Shown here piece after piece: positions 33,738 to 43,591 of a stretch of 64,000 nt of DNA. The notes beneath the pieces were generated by a model, which ran no database searches, had not been told where the DNA came from, and saw only the letters and a program-made list of their open reading frames with translations. The stretch's first letter is position 1; each line of letters begins with the position of its first letter. Made by a program: the position numbers and the translations under genes. The stretch covers positions 7,990-71,989 of the forward strand of contig JAFUKI010000123.1 in NCBI GenBank assembly GCA_017467815.1, written 5' to 3'. This stretch comes from Clostridia bacterium. Its GTDB lineage: Bacteria > Bacillota > Clostridia > Oscillospirales > CAG-272.

Positions 33738-35186
33738 ATGGTATTTTCACAGCTTTTATTTTTATATATTTTTATGCTGCTGCTTGTAGCAGCGTATTTT
33801 TTGATTCCGAATAACAGATGGCGGCGGGGTGTACTTATAGTGTTTTCCCTGTTGTTTTATGCCTTCGGGGAACCGATGTATGTATTTCTGATGATCGGTC
33901 TTGTGCTGGCGGACTATCTGTTCGGTCTGCTGATCGCTCATAAACAATCCGTGCGATGGCGGAAGACCTGGCTGATCCTGGCAGTGATTACAAACCTGGG
34001 CATATTGTGCCTGTTCAAATATGTGGGTTTCTTCACGGATACGATCAACGCGGTGTTCGGGCTGGATATTCCCATACTGCAGCTGACCATGCCCATCGGC
34101 ATCAGCTTTTTCACCTTCCAGACAATGTCGTATGTCATTGATGTGTACCGTGAAGATGTGCCCGTGCAGCGTTCCTTCCCGAAACTGCTTCTGTATGTGT
34201 CCTTCTTCCCCCAGCTGATTGCGGGACCCATTGTACGGTATAAGGATATCGAAGCCCAGCTGGAAGACCGCAGAGTGAATATTGTGGAAATTCAGGAAGG
34301 TCTGTACCGCTTTGCCGTCGGTCTTGGGAAAAAGGTTCTGATTGCGGATAACTGCAATACAGCGGTCAGCCTGTTTTACGGACTTAAGGATGCAACGGTT
34401 ACCGGACAGTGGCTTGGCGCTGTGTTCTTCACTTTACAGCTGTATTTCGATTTCTCCGGTTATTCCGATATGGCGATCGGTCTGGGACGGATCTTCGGCT
34501 TCCGTTTCCTTGAAAACTTCAATTATCCGCTGATCTCCGGAAGTGCTACGGAATTCTGGAGAAGATGGCATATCTCCCTCGGTACATTCTTCAGAGACTA
34601 TGTTTACATCCCCCTGGGCGGCAACCGTCACGATCAGATGCGGAACATATTTGTGGTATGGTTCCTCACCGGTATGTGGCACGGTGCGTCCTGGAATTTC
34701 ATCCTGTGGGGCGTCTACTACGGCATCCTGCTGCTCATCGAAAAAACAAAACTTCTGGCATTTTTTGGTGCCAGACCGGACAGCGAAAAACATCCGGTAT
34801 CGGCAAAGATCGTCGGTGCCGGGAAGTGGATACTGTCCCATGGATACTGCATCTTCATCACCGTATTCGGTTTTGCCATATTCTATTTTGAAAAAGGTTT
34901 GTTCGCCGGTATCGGAAAACTGTTTGGTGTCGGCGTAACCGGATTTACGGATCTGTTCACGGTATCCGTGCTGATGGAACATATCTGGTTGCTGACGGCT
35001 GCCTGTGTGCTTGCCTGCCCCGTGATTCCGTACATCGGCAAAAAACTGTACGGACTTCTTGGGGAAGAACGGTATTATGTTCCGATGCGGCTGTATAAAA
35101 CGGCTTGTGTGATCCTGCTTGTGGCAGCTTCCACAGTTCAGCTGGTGGGCAATTCCTACAGCCCGTTCCTGTACTTCCGCTTCTGA
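33738..35186 (+). CDS. MBOAT-family membrane O-acyltransferase (AlgI/DltB-like)
   Basis: FFTFQTMSYVIDVYR and WRRWHISLGTFFRDYVYIPLGGNR motifs. Start placed at MVFSQL (ATG 33738); 33720 is an alternative. Confidence 0.9.
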   Translation: MVFSQLLFLYIFMLLLVAAYFLIPNNRWRRGVLIVFSLLFYAFGEPMYVFLMIGLVLADYLFGLLIAHKQSVRWRKTWLILAVITNLGILCLFKYVGFFTDTINAVFGLDIPILQLTMPIGISFFTFQTMSYVIDVYREDVPVQRSFPKLLLYVSFFPQLIAGPIVRYKDIEAQLEDRRVNIVEIQEGLYRFAVGLGKKVLIADNCNTAVSLFYGLKDATVTGQWLGAVFFTLQLYFDFSGYSDMAIGLGRIFGFRFLENFNYPLISGSATEFWRRWHISLGTFFRDYVYIPLGGNRHDQMRNIFVVWFLTGMWHGASWNFILWGVYYGILLLIEKTKLLAFFGARPDSEKHPVSAKIVGAGKWILSHGYCIFITVFGFAIFYFEKGLFAGIGKLFGVGVTGFTDLFTVSVLMEHIWLLTAACVLACPVIPYIGKKLYGLLGEERYYVPMRLYKTACVILLVAASTVQLVGNSYSPFLYFRF

Positions 35187-36943
35187 TGAAAAATAACAAA
35201 GGAGAACATCCGTTGAAAAAAATTGATATTATTACCTTGCTGCTGGTAGTTTTATTATTCGGCGGCGTGGCGTGTGCGAATCTGTTTCAGACGGACAGAC
35301 CTACAGAATCCATAGAGGAAAAACGAACATTGCAGACTCTGCCCGAATTTTCATGGGAAAATCTGGCGGACGGAACCTATTTCTCGGAATGGGCGCTCTA
35401 TGTTTCGGATACCTTCATCGGCAGAGAAACACTGGTTTCCCTCGCCAAGAAAATGGACACTTTTATGGGTACCAGCTTTTCCATCAATGGGGAAGATACC
35501 TTTGTGCTTCTCCAGTCGGGGAACAAGACGGAAGACACAGGGGATCTGGACAATCGTCTGGAAGATGCTTTTGCCCAGTTGGAATCCAAACAGCCGGAAA
35601 CCAACCCTGCAGCAGAAGAAACGGAACCGGCAACCGCCGAAACGGAAGCTGAGGAGACTATAGAAACCACAGAAGCACCCGAAACTACGGAATCCGAAAC
35701 AACGGAAGATCCCGAAACCACAGAGCCGGAAACCGAGACAGAACCGGCAGAAACCGAACCGGTACCGGAATATGACCTGAAGCTGAGCCGTGAGACTCTC
35801 CAGCTTACCATTGGCAGCGGCGCGGTCGTTTACGCCACCGTATCAGACGGAACAGGGGAAAGCGTACCGATTACCTGGTCTATTTCCGATAAGAGCATCG
35901 CTACCATCGCCAAGAATCCCAAAGGCGGGCTGGATGTGAAAGGCGTTGCGGAAGGCACCTGTACTCTGACCTGCAGAACCAAGGAAGGAAATGCCGTTGC
36001 CGTTTGTACCGTTACCGTCAAAACAGTATCCACCGGAAACGCCAACGAAGATGCAGCGGCGGACTTCATGGATAACGGTCTGTTTATTTTCGGCGATGCG
36101 GTGTATACCGGCGGATTCTACTCAGACAAAAATGCAAAGTATTACGCCCAGACAGCCGCATATTATAAGACCCTGTTCGGCGAAAATACCCGTATGAATA
36201 TTGTCGTGGCACCGGTATCTGCCGTAACCATCGACAATCCCGAAGTGAAGAAAAAGATTACCGACCAGCAGAGTGCGCTGGACAAAATGGCAGCCCATTG
36301 TGATGCTTCGGTCAACTTCGTCGATACATATGACAGCATTTACGGACACAGAGACGAGTACTTGTACTTCAAGAGTGACCACCACTGGACGGGCAGAGGT
36401 GCGTATTATGCCTATGCAGCATATGCCGAATCCATCGGTCTGACACCCACACCGCTGGATCAGTTCGATTACAGTGTCATCAATGATGATTACCACGGTT
36501 CCATGTATTCCTTCACCAAGGACGACCGTGTGCTGGCATTCCGGGATTCTGTGGAAGTATTCATGCCCCGGAAGGAAATGACGATGACGATCACCACGAA
36601 AAACGGTACCACCGCCACATACGATTCCTGTATTCTGGAGTACAACAAAAACTATCTGGCATTCATCGGCGGCGACAATCCCTATACGGTTATCAATGTC
36701 CCCGAAAATCCCCAGGATTTCAACGTATTGGTTCTGAAAGACTCTTTCGGAAATGCCTTTATTCCTTACCTGTGCGAACATTACGGCAATATTATCGTGG
36801 TGGATACCCGGTATACTGACCTCAACGTATATGAACATCTCAAGGATTACGGCTTATCGGATATTATATTCATGAACAATATTGAAGCAGCCAACAACAG
36901 TGCATGGGCAAATATGTATCTGAAGGCTGTTGGGGTTGAATAA
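35186..36943 (+). CDS. DHHW-family (AlgJ/AlgX-like) protein with an acidic E/T/P linker and a Big_2-like domain
   Basis: N-terminal TM, E/T/P-rich tract, an Ig-like segment (LQLTIGSGAVVYATV...TCTLTCRT), and FKSDHHWTGRGAYYAY. The ATG at 35186 overlaps the MBOAT stop; TTG 35212 is an alternative. Confidence 0.8.
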   Translation: MKNNKGEHPLKKIDIITLLLVVLLFGGVACANLFQTDRPTESIEEKRTLQTLPEFSWENLADGTYFSEWALYVSDTFIGRETLVSLAKKMDTFMGTSFSINGEDTFVLLQSGNKTEDTGDLDNRLEDAFAQLESKQPETNPAAEETEPATAETEAEETIETTEAPETTESETTEDPETTEPETETEPAETEPVPEYDLKLSRETLQLTIGSGAVVYATVSDGTGESVPITWSISDKSIATIAKNPKGGLDVKGVAEGTCTLTCRTKEGNAVAVCTVTVKTVSTGNANEDAAADFMDNGLFIFGDAVYTGGFYSDKNAKYYAQTAAYYKTLFGENTRMNIVVAPVSAVTIDNPEVKKKITDQQSALDKMAAHCDASVNFVDTYDSIYGHRDEYLYFKSDHHWTGRGAYYAYAAYAESIGLTPTPLDQFDYSVINDDYHGSMYSFTKDDRVLAFRDSVEVFMPRKEMTMTITTKNGTTATYDSCILEYNKNYLAFIGGDNPYTVINVPENPQDFNVLVLKDSFGNAFIPYLCEHYGNIIVVDTRYTDLNVYEHLKDYGLSDIIFMNNIEAANNSAWANMYLKAVGVE

Positions 36944-36950
36944 AAGACAA

Positions 36951-37595
36951 ATGCCGACAAAAAATAACAGCCATACAAACCACCGCAGCAGAATGCGGGA
37001 AAGATACAAACGGTGCGGCATGGACGCCTTTGCGGAACATGAAGCACTGGAAGTGTATCTGTACAGATGTCTGCGGCGCGTGAACACCAATGACATCGCA
37101 CATAATCTGCTGGAAAAATTCGGTTCGCTGAGCCGTGTCTTTTCACGGGAAAGCAGAAAACAGTACCGGGAAGTGGATCTGGTCGGAGACAAGACAGCCT
37201 TTATCATGGGCAGTTCTGCGGAAAACATGGAAAGAACCATGCTCGGTCTGATGCAGGACAAGCCTGCTTACAGTGTCGGGAAAGCGATGGTGTTCTCCCG
37301 GTTCATGCTCAGGCGGATACCGGAAGATCACGTGCTGATACTGCGGTATGACGGGGTGGCAAACTTCCGTGACTATACGGTTCTTCCCGATGCGGATGAC
37401 GGAACCGACTGGATTCTGCAATGTCTGGCCCAAACAAAGGCCGGCGAGGAAATCCATATCCGTCTGCCCGGAAACTGCTTATGGACATCGGACAGATGCC
37501 TGAAGCTGGGTTTGGAATTGCGCAGACACGCTCGAAAACTGCGCAGTGTCCACAGAATCAGTCATTCCGGTGAAACAGAAGTGATTTACGAATAA
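36951..37595 (+). CDS. RadC-like (UPF0758 N-terminal region) protein lacking a recognisable JAMM motif
   Basis: HRSRMRERYKRCGMDAFAEHEALEVYLYRCL...LLEKFGSLSRVFS resembles the RadC N-terminal HhH part. No HxHPSG-type motif was found in the C-terminal half. Confidence 0.5.
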   Translation: MPTKNNSHTNHRSRMRERYKRCGMDAFAEHEALEVYLYRCLRRVNTNDIAHNLLEKFGSLSRVFSRESRKQYREVDLVGDKTAFIMGSSAENMERTMLGLMQDKPAYSVGKAMVFSRFMLRRIPEDHVLILRYDGVANFRDYTVLPDADDGTDWILQCLAQTKAGEEIHIRLPGNCLWTSDRCLKLGLELRRHARKLRSVHRISHSGETEVIYE

Positions 37596-37596
37596 T

Positions 37597-37643
37597 AAAA
37601 AACGTGACTGCAGGTAAAAGTTAAACTTGCAGTCACATTTTTT
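37597..37643. terminator. Rho-independent terminator (stem GTGACTGCA/TGCAGTCAC, A-run before, T-run after)
   Basis: Read directly. Confidence 0.75.
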
Positions 37644-37774
37644 GTTTTATCAGAAATAAAAAGACACGTTCAAACAAAAAATGTGGATCTGAACGTGCCT
37701 GTAACGCTGCAGAAAATTCCACCTCCGAAAAAGTTTTTGAAGTGAGATGGGGATGAATTTACTGCACAAATTTT

Positions 37775-37815
37775 AAAGGGAGAGAGAAGCTCTTTTGAAG
37801 TTTCTCTCTCCCTTT
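37775..37815 (-). terminator. 14-bp perfect hairpin AAAGGGAGAGAGAA/TTCTCTCTCCCTTT just after the ABC operon stop
   Basis: Read directly. The U-run is weak. Confidence 0.55.
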
Positions 37816-37831
37816 GGAATGATCACAAATA

Positions 37832-40084
37832 TTATGCTTTTGCGGCAGGTTTTTTGTTCATGCCGGAGCCTTGTCTCTGGGCCATTACCAGACGCCAGTA
37901 TACACCCTTCAGGGCAAGCAGTTCCTGGTGTGTACCGAATTCCACGAGGCGGCCTTTGTCCAGTACCATCAGCTTGTCCGCGTTGCGCAGAGTGGACAGA
38001 CGGTGGGCAATGGCGAAGGTGGTGCGGTCCTTGGTCAGCTTGTTGATGGCATCCTGAATCAGCTTTTCGGTTTCTGTATCCAGTGCGGCGGTTGCTTCGT
38101 CCAGAATCAGAATTCTGGGATTATGGATCAGCGCACGGGCAATCGCTACACGCTGACGTTCACCGCCGGAGAGGGAATATCCCTTTTCACCGATGATGGT
38201 ATTGTAACCTTCGGGAAGGTTTACGATAAAGTCATGGGCATTGGCAAGTCTTGCGGCAGCCACAACTTCTTCATCGGTTGCATAAGGCTTGGCATATTTG
38301 ATGTTGTCACGGATGGAACCGCCGAACAGCAGGGTTTCCTGCAGTACGATACCGATCTGTGAACGGAGAGCGTTCTGGGAGATATCCTTGATGTTTACGT
38401 TGTCAATGACGATCTCCCCTTCCGTTACATCGTACAGACGCATGATCAGGTTGATCAGGGTGGATTTACCGGAACCGGAGTGACCTACGATACCAATCAT
38501 TTCGCCCTTCTTGATCTCAGCGGAAATGTTTTCCAGTACGGGGTTATATGTATCGTAGCCGAAGGTCACGTTGCGCAGAGAAATATCGCCTTCGATGGTA
38601 ATATCGATAGGCAGGTCGATATCGTCGACTTCCGGGGGTTCCTCGAGAATTTCCAGCACTTTACCAAGAGAAGTGGATAAAGCAGTCAGAACACTCGGGA
38701 GCGTTGTGAAATACGCCAGAGGGCTGTACAGGATGTTGGAATATGCATTGAACTGGTGGAGTTCACCGTAGTCCATGGCACCCGTGAACAGAAGATAGTT
38801 ACCATAGAACAGGATAAAGTAACTGCCGAGACGCATGACCTGACCTAAGAGTGCGAAGAACGTATCGCCCCATACTCCGCGTGCTTCTGCGTGGTAGGCA
38901 TCTACATTTGTTGCATCCAGATAGTTCTTGATCTCTTTTTCTTCGTTACCGAATGCTTTTACAATACGGATACCGTTGAAAATATCCTGCGTGATCTGGT
39001 TGACACGGTTGGAATATTTCCAGCAGATCCTGGAGAACATACTGAATTTTTCGTTTACACTTTTGTATGTAAAGATAACAATGGGAATGGGAAGAAATAC
39101 GAATAATGCCATCATCGGATTCAGAAACAGCAGCAGCACAGATGCCATCACAAAGGAGAATATCGAAGTGAACACCTGCGGCATCTGGTTTACCATGAAG
39201 TGCTGTACCCGAATGGTATCGTTCAGGACACGGCCGATCAGGTCACCGGTAGCACGGCGGGAGATCGAAGAAATGGACAGGGACTGTACCTTTTCATAAA
39301 CCACGGTACGCAGGATCATAGTAGATTTGCTGCCGGCGATGGTGGCGATACGGCTCTGTACGATACCGATAGCTCTTTGGAACAGGTCAATGGAAATGAT
39401 GCACAAGAAGATGGCAAGGAATCCGCGCATATGCGGGTCGCCTATGGACGATACGGGACGGATGGACTCATTGGCAATGTAGTCATTGACCGCAATTTTC
39501 TGAATGGAAGGCAGAATAAACTGGATCGCCAGGGAGAAAATGGATACAAGCAGCGGGAAGAAGATCATAAGTCTCATACCCTTTGTCAGTCCCCAGAGCT
39601 TTCTGTACACTTCCTTCTGGTCACGGCAGAAAGGACAGATGGAGGTGCCGGGAATAAGAGGACGGTTGCATATGGGACAGAATCGTTCTCTTTCATCGTT
39701 GGTAATGGGATCACCGGGGGCTTCGTTATGCCGCAGCTTGTGTGAGAGACTTTCGCAGGCATTGACCAGAACGGAATATCTCGACAGGTTGCGTGCGGAC
39801 TGGAAACGGCAGATCAGGGTGGTGATCCCGTCGATCACACCATAGAAGGCGCAGTTGCCGTACAATACTTCGGTAGAGAAGACGGTACAGCGGGACAGAT
39901 CGACTTCGGTAATGATCTTACCGTCCAGAATACAGTAAATATGTTTGTCGGTAACAACTGTAAACCCTTTAACAAAACGTTCTTCAAGCATATTAAAGGG
40001 GACACAGTACATCAGTTTCTCGCCGACAGCTCGGGCATCGTAAGCAGCCTGATCCGCCGCCGGGAGATCGTATAACAGTTTCAT
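37832..40084 (-). CDS. ABC transporter permease/ATPase half-transporter with a ~170-aa N-terminal cytosolic extension containing a zinc ribbon
   Basis: Walker A GHSGSGKST, signature LSGGERQR, Walker B ILILDEATAALD, and a six-TM exporter-type core. The N-terminal extension carries CPICN...CPFC. Confidence 0.9.
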   Translation of the reverse strand: MKLLYDLPAADQAAYDARAVGEKLMYCVPFNMLEERFVKGFTVVTDKHIYCILDGKIITEVDLSRCTVFSTEVLYGNCAFYGVIDGITTLICRFQSARNLSRYSVLVNACESLSHKLRHNEAPGDPITNDERERFCPICNRPLIPGTSICPFCRDQKEVYRKLWGLTKGMRLMIFFPLLVSIFSLAIQFILPSIQKIAVNDYIANESIRPVSSIGDPHMRGFLAIFLCIISIDLFQRAIGIVQSRIATIAGSKSTMILRTVVYEKVQSLSISSISRRATGDLIGRVLNDTIRVQHFMVNQMPQVFTSIFSFVMASVLLLFLNPMMALFVFLPIPIVIFTYKSVNEKFSMFSRICWKYSNRVNQITQDIFNGIRIVKAFGNEEKEIKNYLDATNVDAYHAEARGVWGDTFFALLGQVMRLGSYFILFYGNYLLFTGAMDYGELHQFNAYSNILYSPLAYFTTLPSVLTALSTSLGKVLEILEEPPEVDDIDLPIDITIEGDISLRNVTFGYDTYNPVLENISAEIKKGEMIGIVGHSGSGKSTLINLIMRLYDVTEGEIVIDNVNIKDISQNALRSQIGIVLQETLLFGGSIRDNIKYAKPYATDEEVVAAARLANAHDFIVNLPEGYNTIIGEKGYSLSGGERQRVAIARALIHNPRILILDEATAALDTETEKLIQDAINKLTKDRTTFAIAHRLSTLRNADKLMVLDKGRLVEFGTHQELLALKGVYWRLVMAQRQGSGMNKKPAAKA

Positions 40085-40151
40085 GAGTTATCTCCTTACT
40101 TGCAAAGGTTTATGGTGTAAGAATCACTTACACGGACCTTGATTACGGATG

Positions 40152-40847
40152 TCAGATATATACTTCGATGAATTTGAGGCTGTGACGGTCCAGCTTCTTG
40201 GGATCCGGGACAACAAAGCAGTTACCGTCCATATCGTTGATGATTACACGACCGTCTTCCAGTGAACGGATGTTGTAGAAGGGGTTGTTCAGAACGATGG
40301 CGACACGTCCTGCGCTGGTTTCGGCTTCCATGTAGCTGTATCCGAATTTTTCCTTGCAGGAATAGATGTGGGTGATCTCGGGGGTGAAGTAACGGATATC
40401 CAGCTCGGCGTTCAGCAGATCCACGGTATCCTTGTCGAAAATGTGGATATTGCGGATCATGCCGATTTCATGACCCCGACCGTTTTTCTTGGTGTCGGGT
40501 TCTCTGACGGAAAGGAATTCATCCGGTGCGGAAATGGGGAAGGAACGGCGGATAATGACTCTTTCGAAAAATTCTTCTTCACCTTCCGCGTTGATGATCT
40601 TGGCGGAGATCAGACCGCCCACAGATTTGCTGAACCAGGTGTTTTCCGGCGTCATGTCGATGGACTCGCGATGCTTGAACAGCAGGTCGGTATCAATGTC
40701 GTCATCATCGACATCATCTTCGTCATCTTCCACAGCAGCAGCGGCTTTTTCCTTGGCAGCTTCCTTTTTGTTTTCAGCCTGCACCTGTTTCTTGGTGTTT
40801 TCGGCTTCGTTTTTCTTCATAGCATCTGTTTTTTCAGTAGTACTCAT
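40152..40847 (-). CDS. DUF1854-like protein with a K/E/D-rich N-terminal tail
   Basis: The body (RRSFPISAPDEFLSVRE...EIGMIRNI...LNAELDIRYFTPEITHIY...FGYSYMEAETSAGR...INDMDGNCFVVPDPKKLDRHSLKFIEVYI) matches my recollection of the ABC-associated DUF1854 pattern. Confidence 0.6.
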   Translation of the reverse strand: MSTTEKTDAMKKNEAENTKKQVQAENKKEAAKEKAAAAVEDDEDDVDDDDIDTDLLFKHRESIDMTPENTWFSKSVGGLISAKIINAEGEEEFFERVIIRRSFPISAPDEFLSVREPDTKKNGRGHEIGMIRNIHIFDKDTVDLLNAELDIRYFTPEITHIYSCKEKFGYSYMEAETSAGRVAIVLNNPFYNIRSLEDGRVIINDMDGNCFVVPDPKKLDRHSLKFIEVYI

Positions 40848-40911
40848 AATCTAATTCTCCTATTTCACCTGATGGTGTTGGACTTATGTAGGACAGAGTC
40901 TGTCGAGCGGC

Positions 40912-43305
40912 TTATGTACCAGACAGAACTTTCTTCATGGCATCACTCTGGAGCATATACAGCTTATAGTATACGCCCTTCTTGGCAAGAAGTTCTTCCG
41001 GTGTGCCTTCTTCTGCGATCTCACCGTTTTCAATGGCGAACAGGTAGTTACAGTCTTTCAGCGTAGAGAGACGGTGGGCGATGGAAATACAGGTGCGTCC
41101 TTCGATCAGCTTGGCAAGAGCATCGCCGATGAGACGTTCGGTTTCCGTATCCATAGCGGCTGTTGCTTCGTCCAGAATCAGAATGGAAGGAGACATCAGC
41201 AGCGCACGGGCAATGGAAACACGCTGTCTTTCACCGCCGGACAGGGAACGGTTGCCGGTGCCGACCTGGGTCTCGTAACCTTCGGGCAGACGCATAATGA
41301 AATCGTGGGCATTGGCAGCCTTAGCTGCAGCGATCACATCAGTCATGGTAGCATCCGGCTTTGCGTAACGGATATTGTCGGCAATCGTACCGCGGAAAAT
41401 GAATACTTCCTGGGATACGATGGCAACATTCCGGCGGATATCGTCTAACTTGATATCCTTCAGATTTACCCCGTCAATGGAAATGGAACCGGAGACCGGG
41501 TCATACATACGGGTGATCAGGTTGGCTATGGTACTCTTACCGCTGCCCGTGTGACCGACCAGACCGATATTGTCGCCGGCTTTGATGTTGATGGTGACAT
41601 TCTTCAGGATCGGACGGTTGGGCAGGTAATGGAAGTTTACATTGTCGAAGGAGATATCCCCTTTGAACTGCTGGATCTCAACCGGCTTTTCGGCATCGCG
41701 GATCTCGGGAACCATGTCGGTGATCTCGAAAATACGCTGTGCGCCGTTGAGGGTACTCAGTGTCAGGCTTACAAATTGGTTGAGCGCCTGCAGAGGACCA
41801 AAGAGCATACCGACGTAGCCGAAATAGGTGGACCATTCACCGTAGGTCATGGTTTCGCCCATAACGGACAGACCGCCGATACCCCAGATCGCCTGGGAAG
41901 ACATACCAATAAGCAGGTTGATAACCGGGAAGATGGTCAGGGACATCATGTTGACCTTCAGGTTGGCATCATAATGTATCTCGGAACGCTGGTGGAAACG
42001 GTTGGTTTCTTCCGCTTCTTTGGCAAAAGCCTTAACAACACGGATACCGACCATAGCATCACTGATAACGGAATTCAACCCGGAGGATGCACGGTTGAGC
42101 TTGGTGTGCAGGACGTTCATCTTCGGCAGAACCACACGGTAGATGAATATGATGATCGGTACGGGAATAAATACGATCAGAGTCAGCACAAAGTTCAGCT
42201 GGAACAGGAAGATGGCTATGCCGATAAGCGTAACGATCTGGATGGCAACATAGGGGATATAGGCAAGGAAGTTGTAGATCAGGTTGGAATCCCCGATGAG
42301 ACGGTTGTTCAGCCAGCCGGTGGACTTGGAGTTAAAGAAACCCAGAGAGAGAGGAAGCATGGACTTGAATATACTCTGCTTAACGTCCCTTGTGATGCGG
42401 TGTGTAAGCCGGAGACTGAGACGGTTGTTCCAGATGGTGAAGAACAACGAAACGAAACCGATGCCGACGCTCACACCCAGTACAGTGAACAGCATGGGCA
42501 GAGAGTGCCACTTACCGTTTGTGTTCAGTACGTCATCATACAGGATCCGACCGTTGATAATGGGCGTGATCAGGGAGATGGCTGTGACCATGACCATGCA
42601 GAATAAAAGCTGCAGGACAAATTTCTTGTACGGCAGAACGTAAGCAAAGATACGCTTCAGGATAGCCTTGGTATCCAGTGCATCACAGTCGGTACAAAGC
42701 TTACGGTACTGGTTTTCGTAGATCTTGCCGCACTTGGGACATCTTGCGTAGAACTGGTTGAAGATGGGATCATCATCCGCAACCTCTTCGCCCTTGCGCA
42801 GCCGCCCTACAATATCGCGGAATGCGAACAGGTACTGTCTCTTGGAGTTGGTAGAAAATCCGAAAATTTCAAAATCGGAATCTTCATCCCATTTTGCAAG
42901 GATCTTGTCCGTTTCTTCTTCGGACATTCCTGCCGTATCCGGTCTCGGCGTGGGGTGCTTTCTCATGATCAGCCGGTTGCTGGATGCAAGGGTATCCACG
43001 ACCATATCGGAATAACAGTGCAGATCGGTTTCGTCAAGGAACGCAACCTTCAGGGCATCCGGTTTTTTGTCGAAGTCCTTGAAATCCTTGCTTTTGTTGG
43101 CTGATTGAATTTTCGGGATGGAAGCGGTGTCGGCAAGGAGACGGATGAGGGTATCGGTCTTGGCGGTGTAAAGCAGCCAGCTCTCACCGAATTCCCCTTC
43201 AATATCCAGATCCAACTTCAATGCGACTGACACATCATCGGGTGACAAACCGCGTTCCTGCAATGCTTTTACAGCGGCCTCTGATAAATTGTCTAACGGA
43301 AGCAT
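40912..43305 (-). CDS. ABC transporter permease/ATPase half-transporter with a ~210-aa N-terminal extension containing a zinc ribbon
   Basis: GHTGSGKST, LSGGERQR and ILILDEATAAMD. The extension carries CPKCG...CTDC. Start moved to MLPLDN (GGAG RBS 8 nt upstream). Confidence 0.9.
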   Translation of the reverse strand: MLPLDNLSEAAVKALQERGLSPDDVSVALKLDLDIEGEFGESWLLYTAKTDTLIRLLADTASIPKIQSANKSKDFKDFDKKPDALKVAFLDETDLHCYSDMVVDTLASSNRLIMRKHPTPRPDTAGMSEEETDKILAKWDEDSDFEIFGFSTNSKRQYLFAFRDIVGRLRKGEEVADDDPIFNQFYARCPKCGKIYENQYRKLCTDCDALDTKAILKRIFAYVLPYKKFVLQLLFCMVMVTAISLITPIINGRILYDDVLNTNGKWHSLPMLFTVLGVSVGIGFVSLFFTIWNNRLSLRLTHRITRDVKQSIFKSMLPLSLGFFNSKSTGWLNNRLIGDSNLIYNFLAYIPYVAIQIVTLIGIAIFLFQLNFVLTLIVFIPVPIIIFIYRVVLPKMNVLHTKLNRASSGLNSVISDAMVGIRVVKAFAKEAEETNRFHQRSEIHYDANLKVNMMSLTIFPVINLLIGMSSQAIWGIGGLSVMGETMTYGEWSTYFGYVGMLFGPLQALNQFVSLTLSTLNGAQRIFEITDMVPEIRDAEKPVEIQQFKGDISFDNVNFHYLPNRPILKNVTINIKAGDNIGLVGHTGSGKSTIANLITRMYDPVSGSISIDGVNLKDIKLDDIRRNVAIVSQEVFIFRGTIADNIRYAKPDATMTDVIAAAKAANAHDFIMRLPEGYETQVGTGNRSLSGGERQRVSIARALLMSPSILILDEATAAMDTETERLIGDALAKLIEGRTCISIAHRLSTLKDCNYLFAIENGEIAEEGTPEELLAKKGVYYKLYMLQSDAMKKVLSGT

Positions 43306-43591
43306 AATTTCATCTCCGCGCCCCAAATGGGACATTTTCTGGTTGGATTTGCGTCATTTATGAACATATTCAGGGAAAATTTTCACTTTATATATTCACA
43401 GAAAGACACTTTTGTGCTATAATGCAGATAATAAGGAAAATACCGTGAGTCTTTTACGACCCGAAAGACATTTTTCACTATTTCTGCTTCACCTAATAAT
43501 AGCAATAAATTCAAAAAAAAGCAATAGTTTTTTTGAATTTTTGGAATTACGGCGAAATGAACAAAACAGACCACGAAAACGGAGCGAAAAT

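Noticed and set aside
35594-35772. Degenerate short tandem repeats (GAAACC/GAAACG/GAACCG units) that could be mistaken for a repeat array.
   Set aside because: They sit in-frame inside the DHHW gene and encode an E/T/P-rich linker. There is no spacer/repeat periodicity of the CRISPR kind.
43412-43591. Leader upstream of 43592 with an extended -10 (TGcTATAAT near 43412-43420), a small hairpin (GTCTTT...AAAGAC then T-run) and an AT hairpin (ATTCAAAAAAA...TTTTTTTGAAT), considered as an attenuator or sRNA.
   Set aside because: The stems are short or pure A/T, and I recognise no known regulatory RNA class. It cannot be supported without conservation or expression data.
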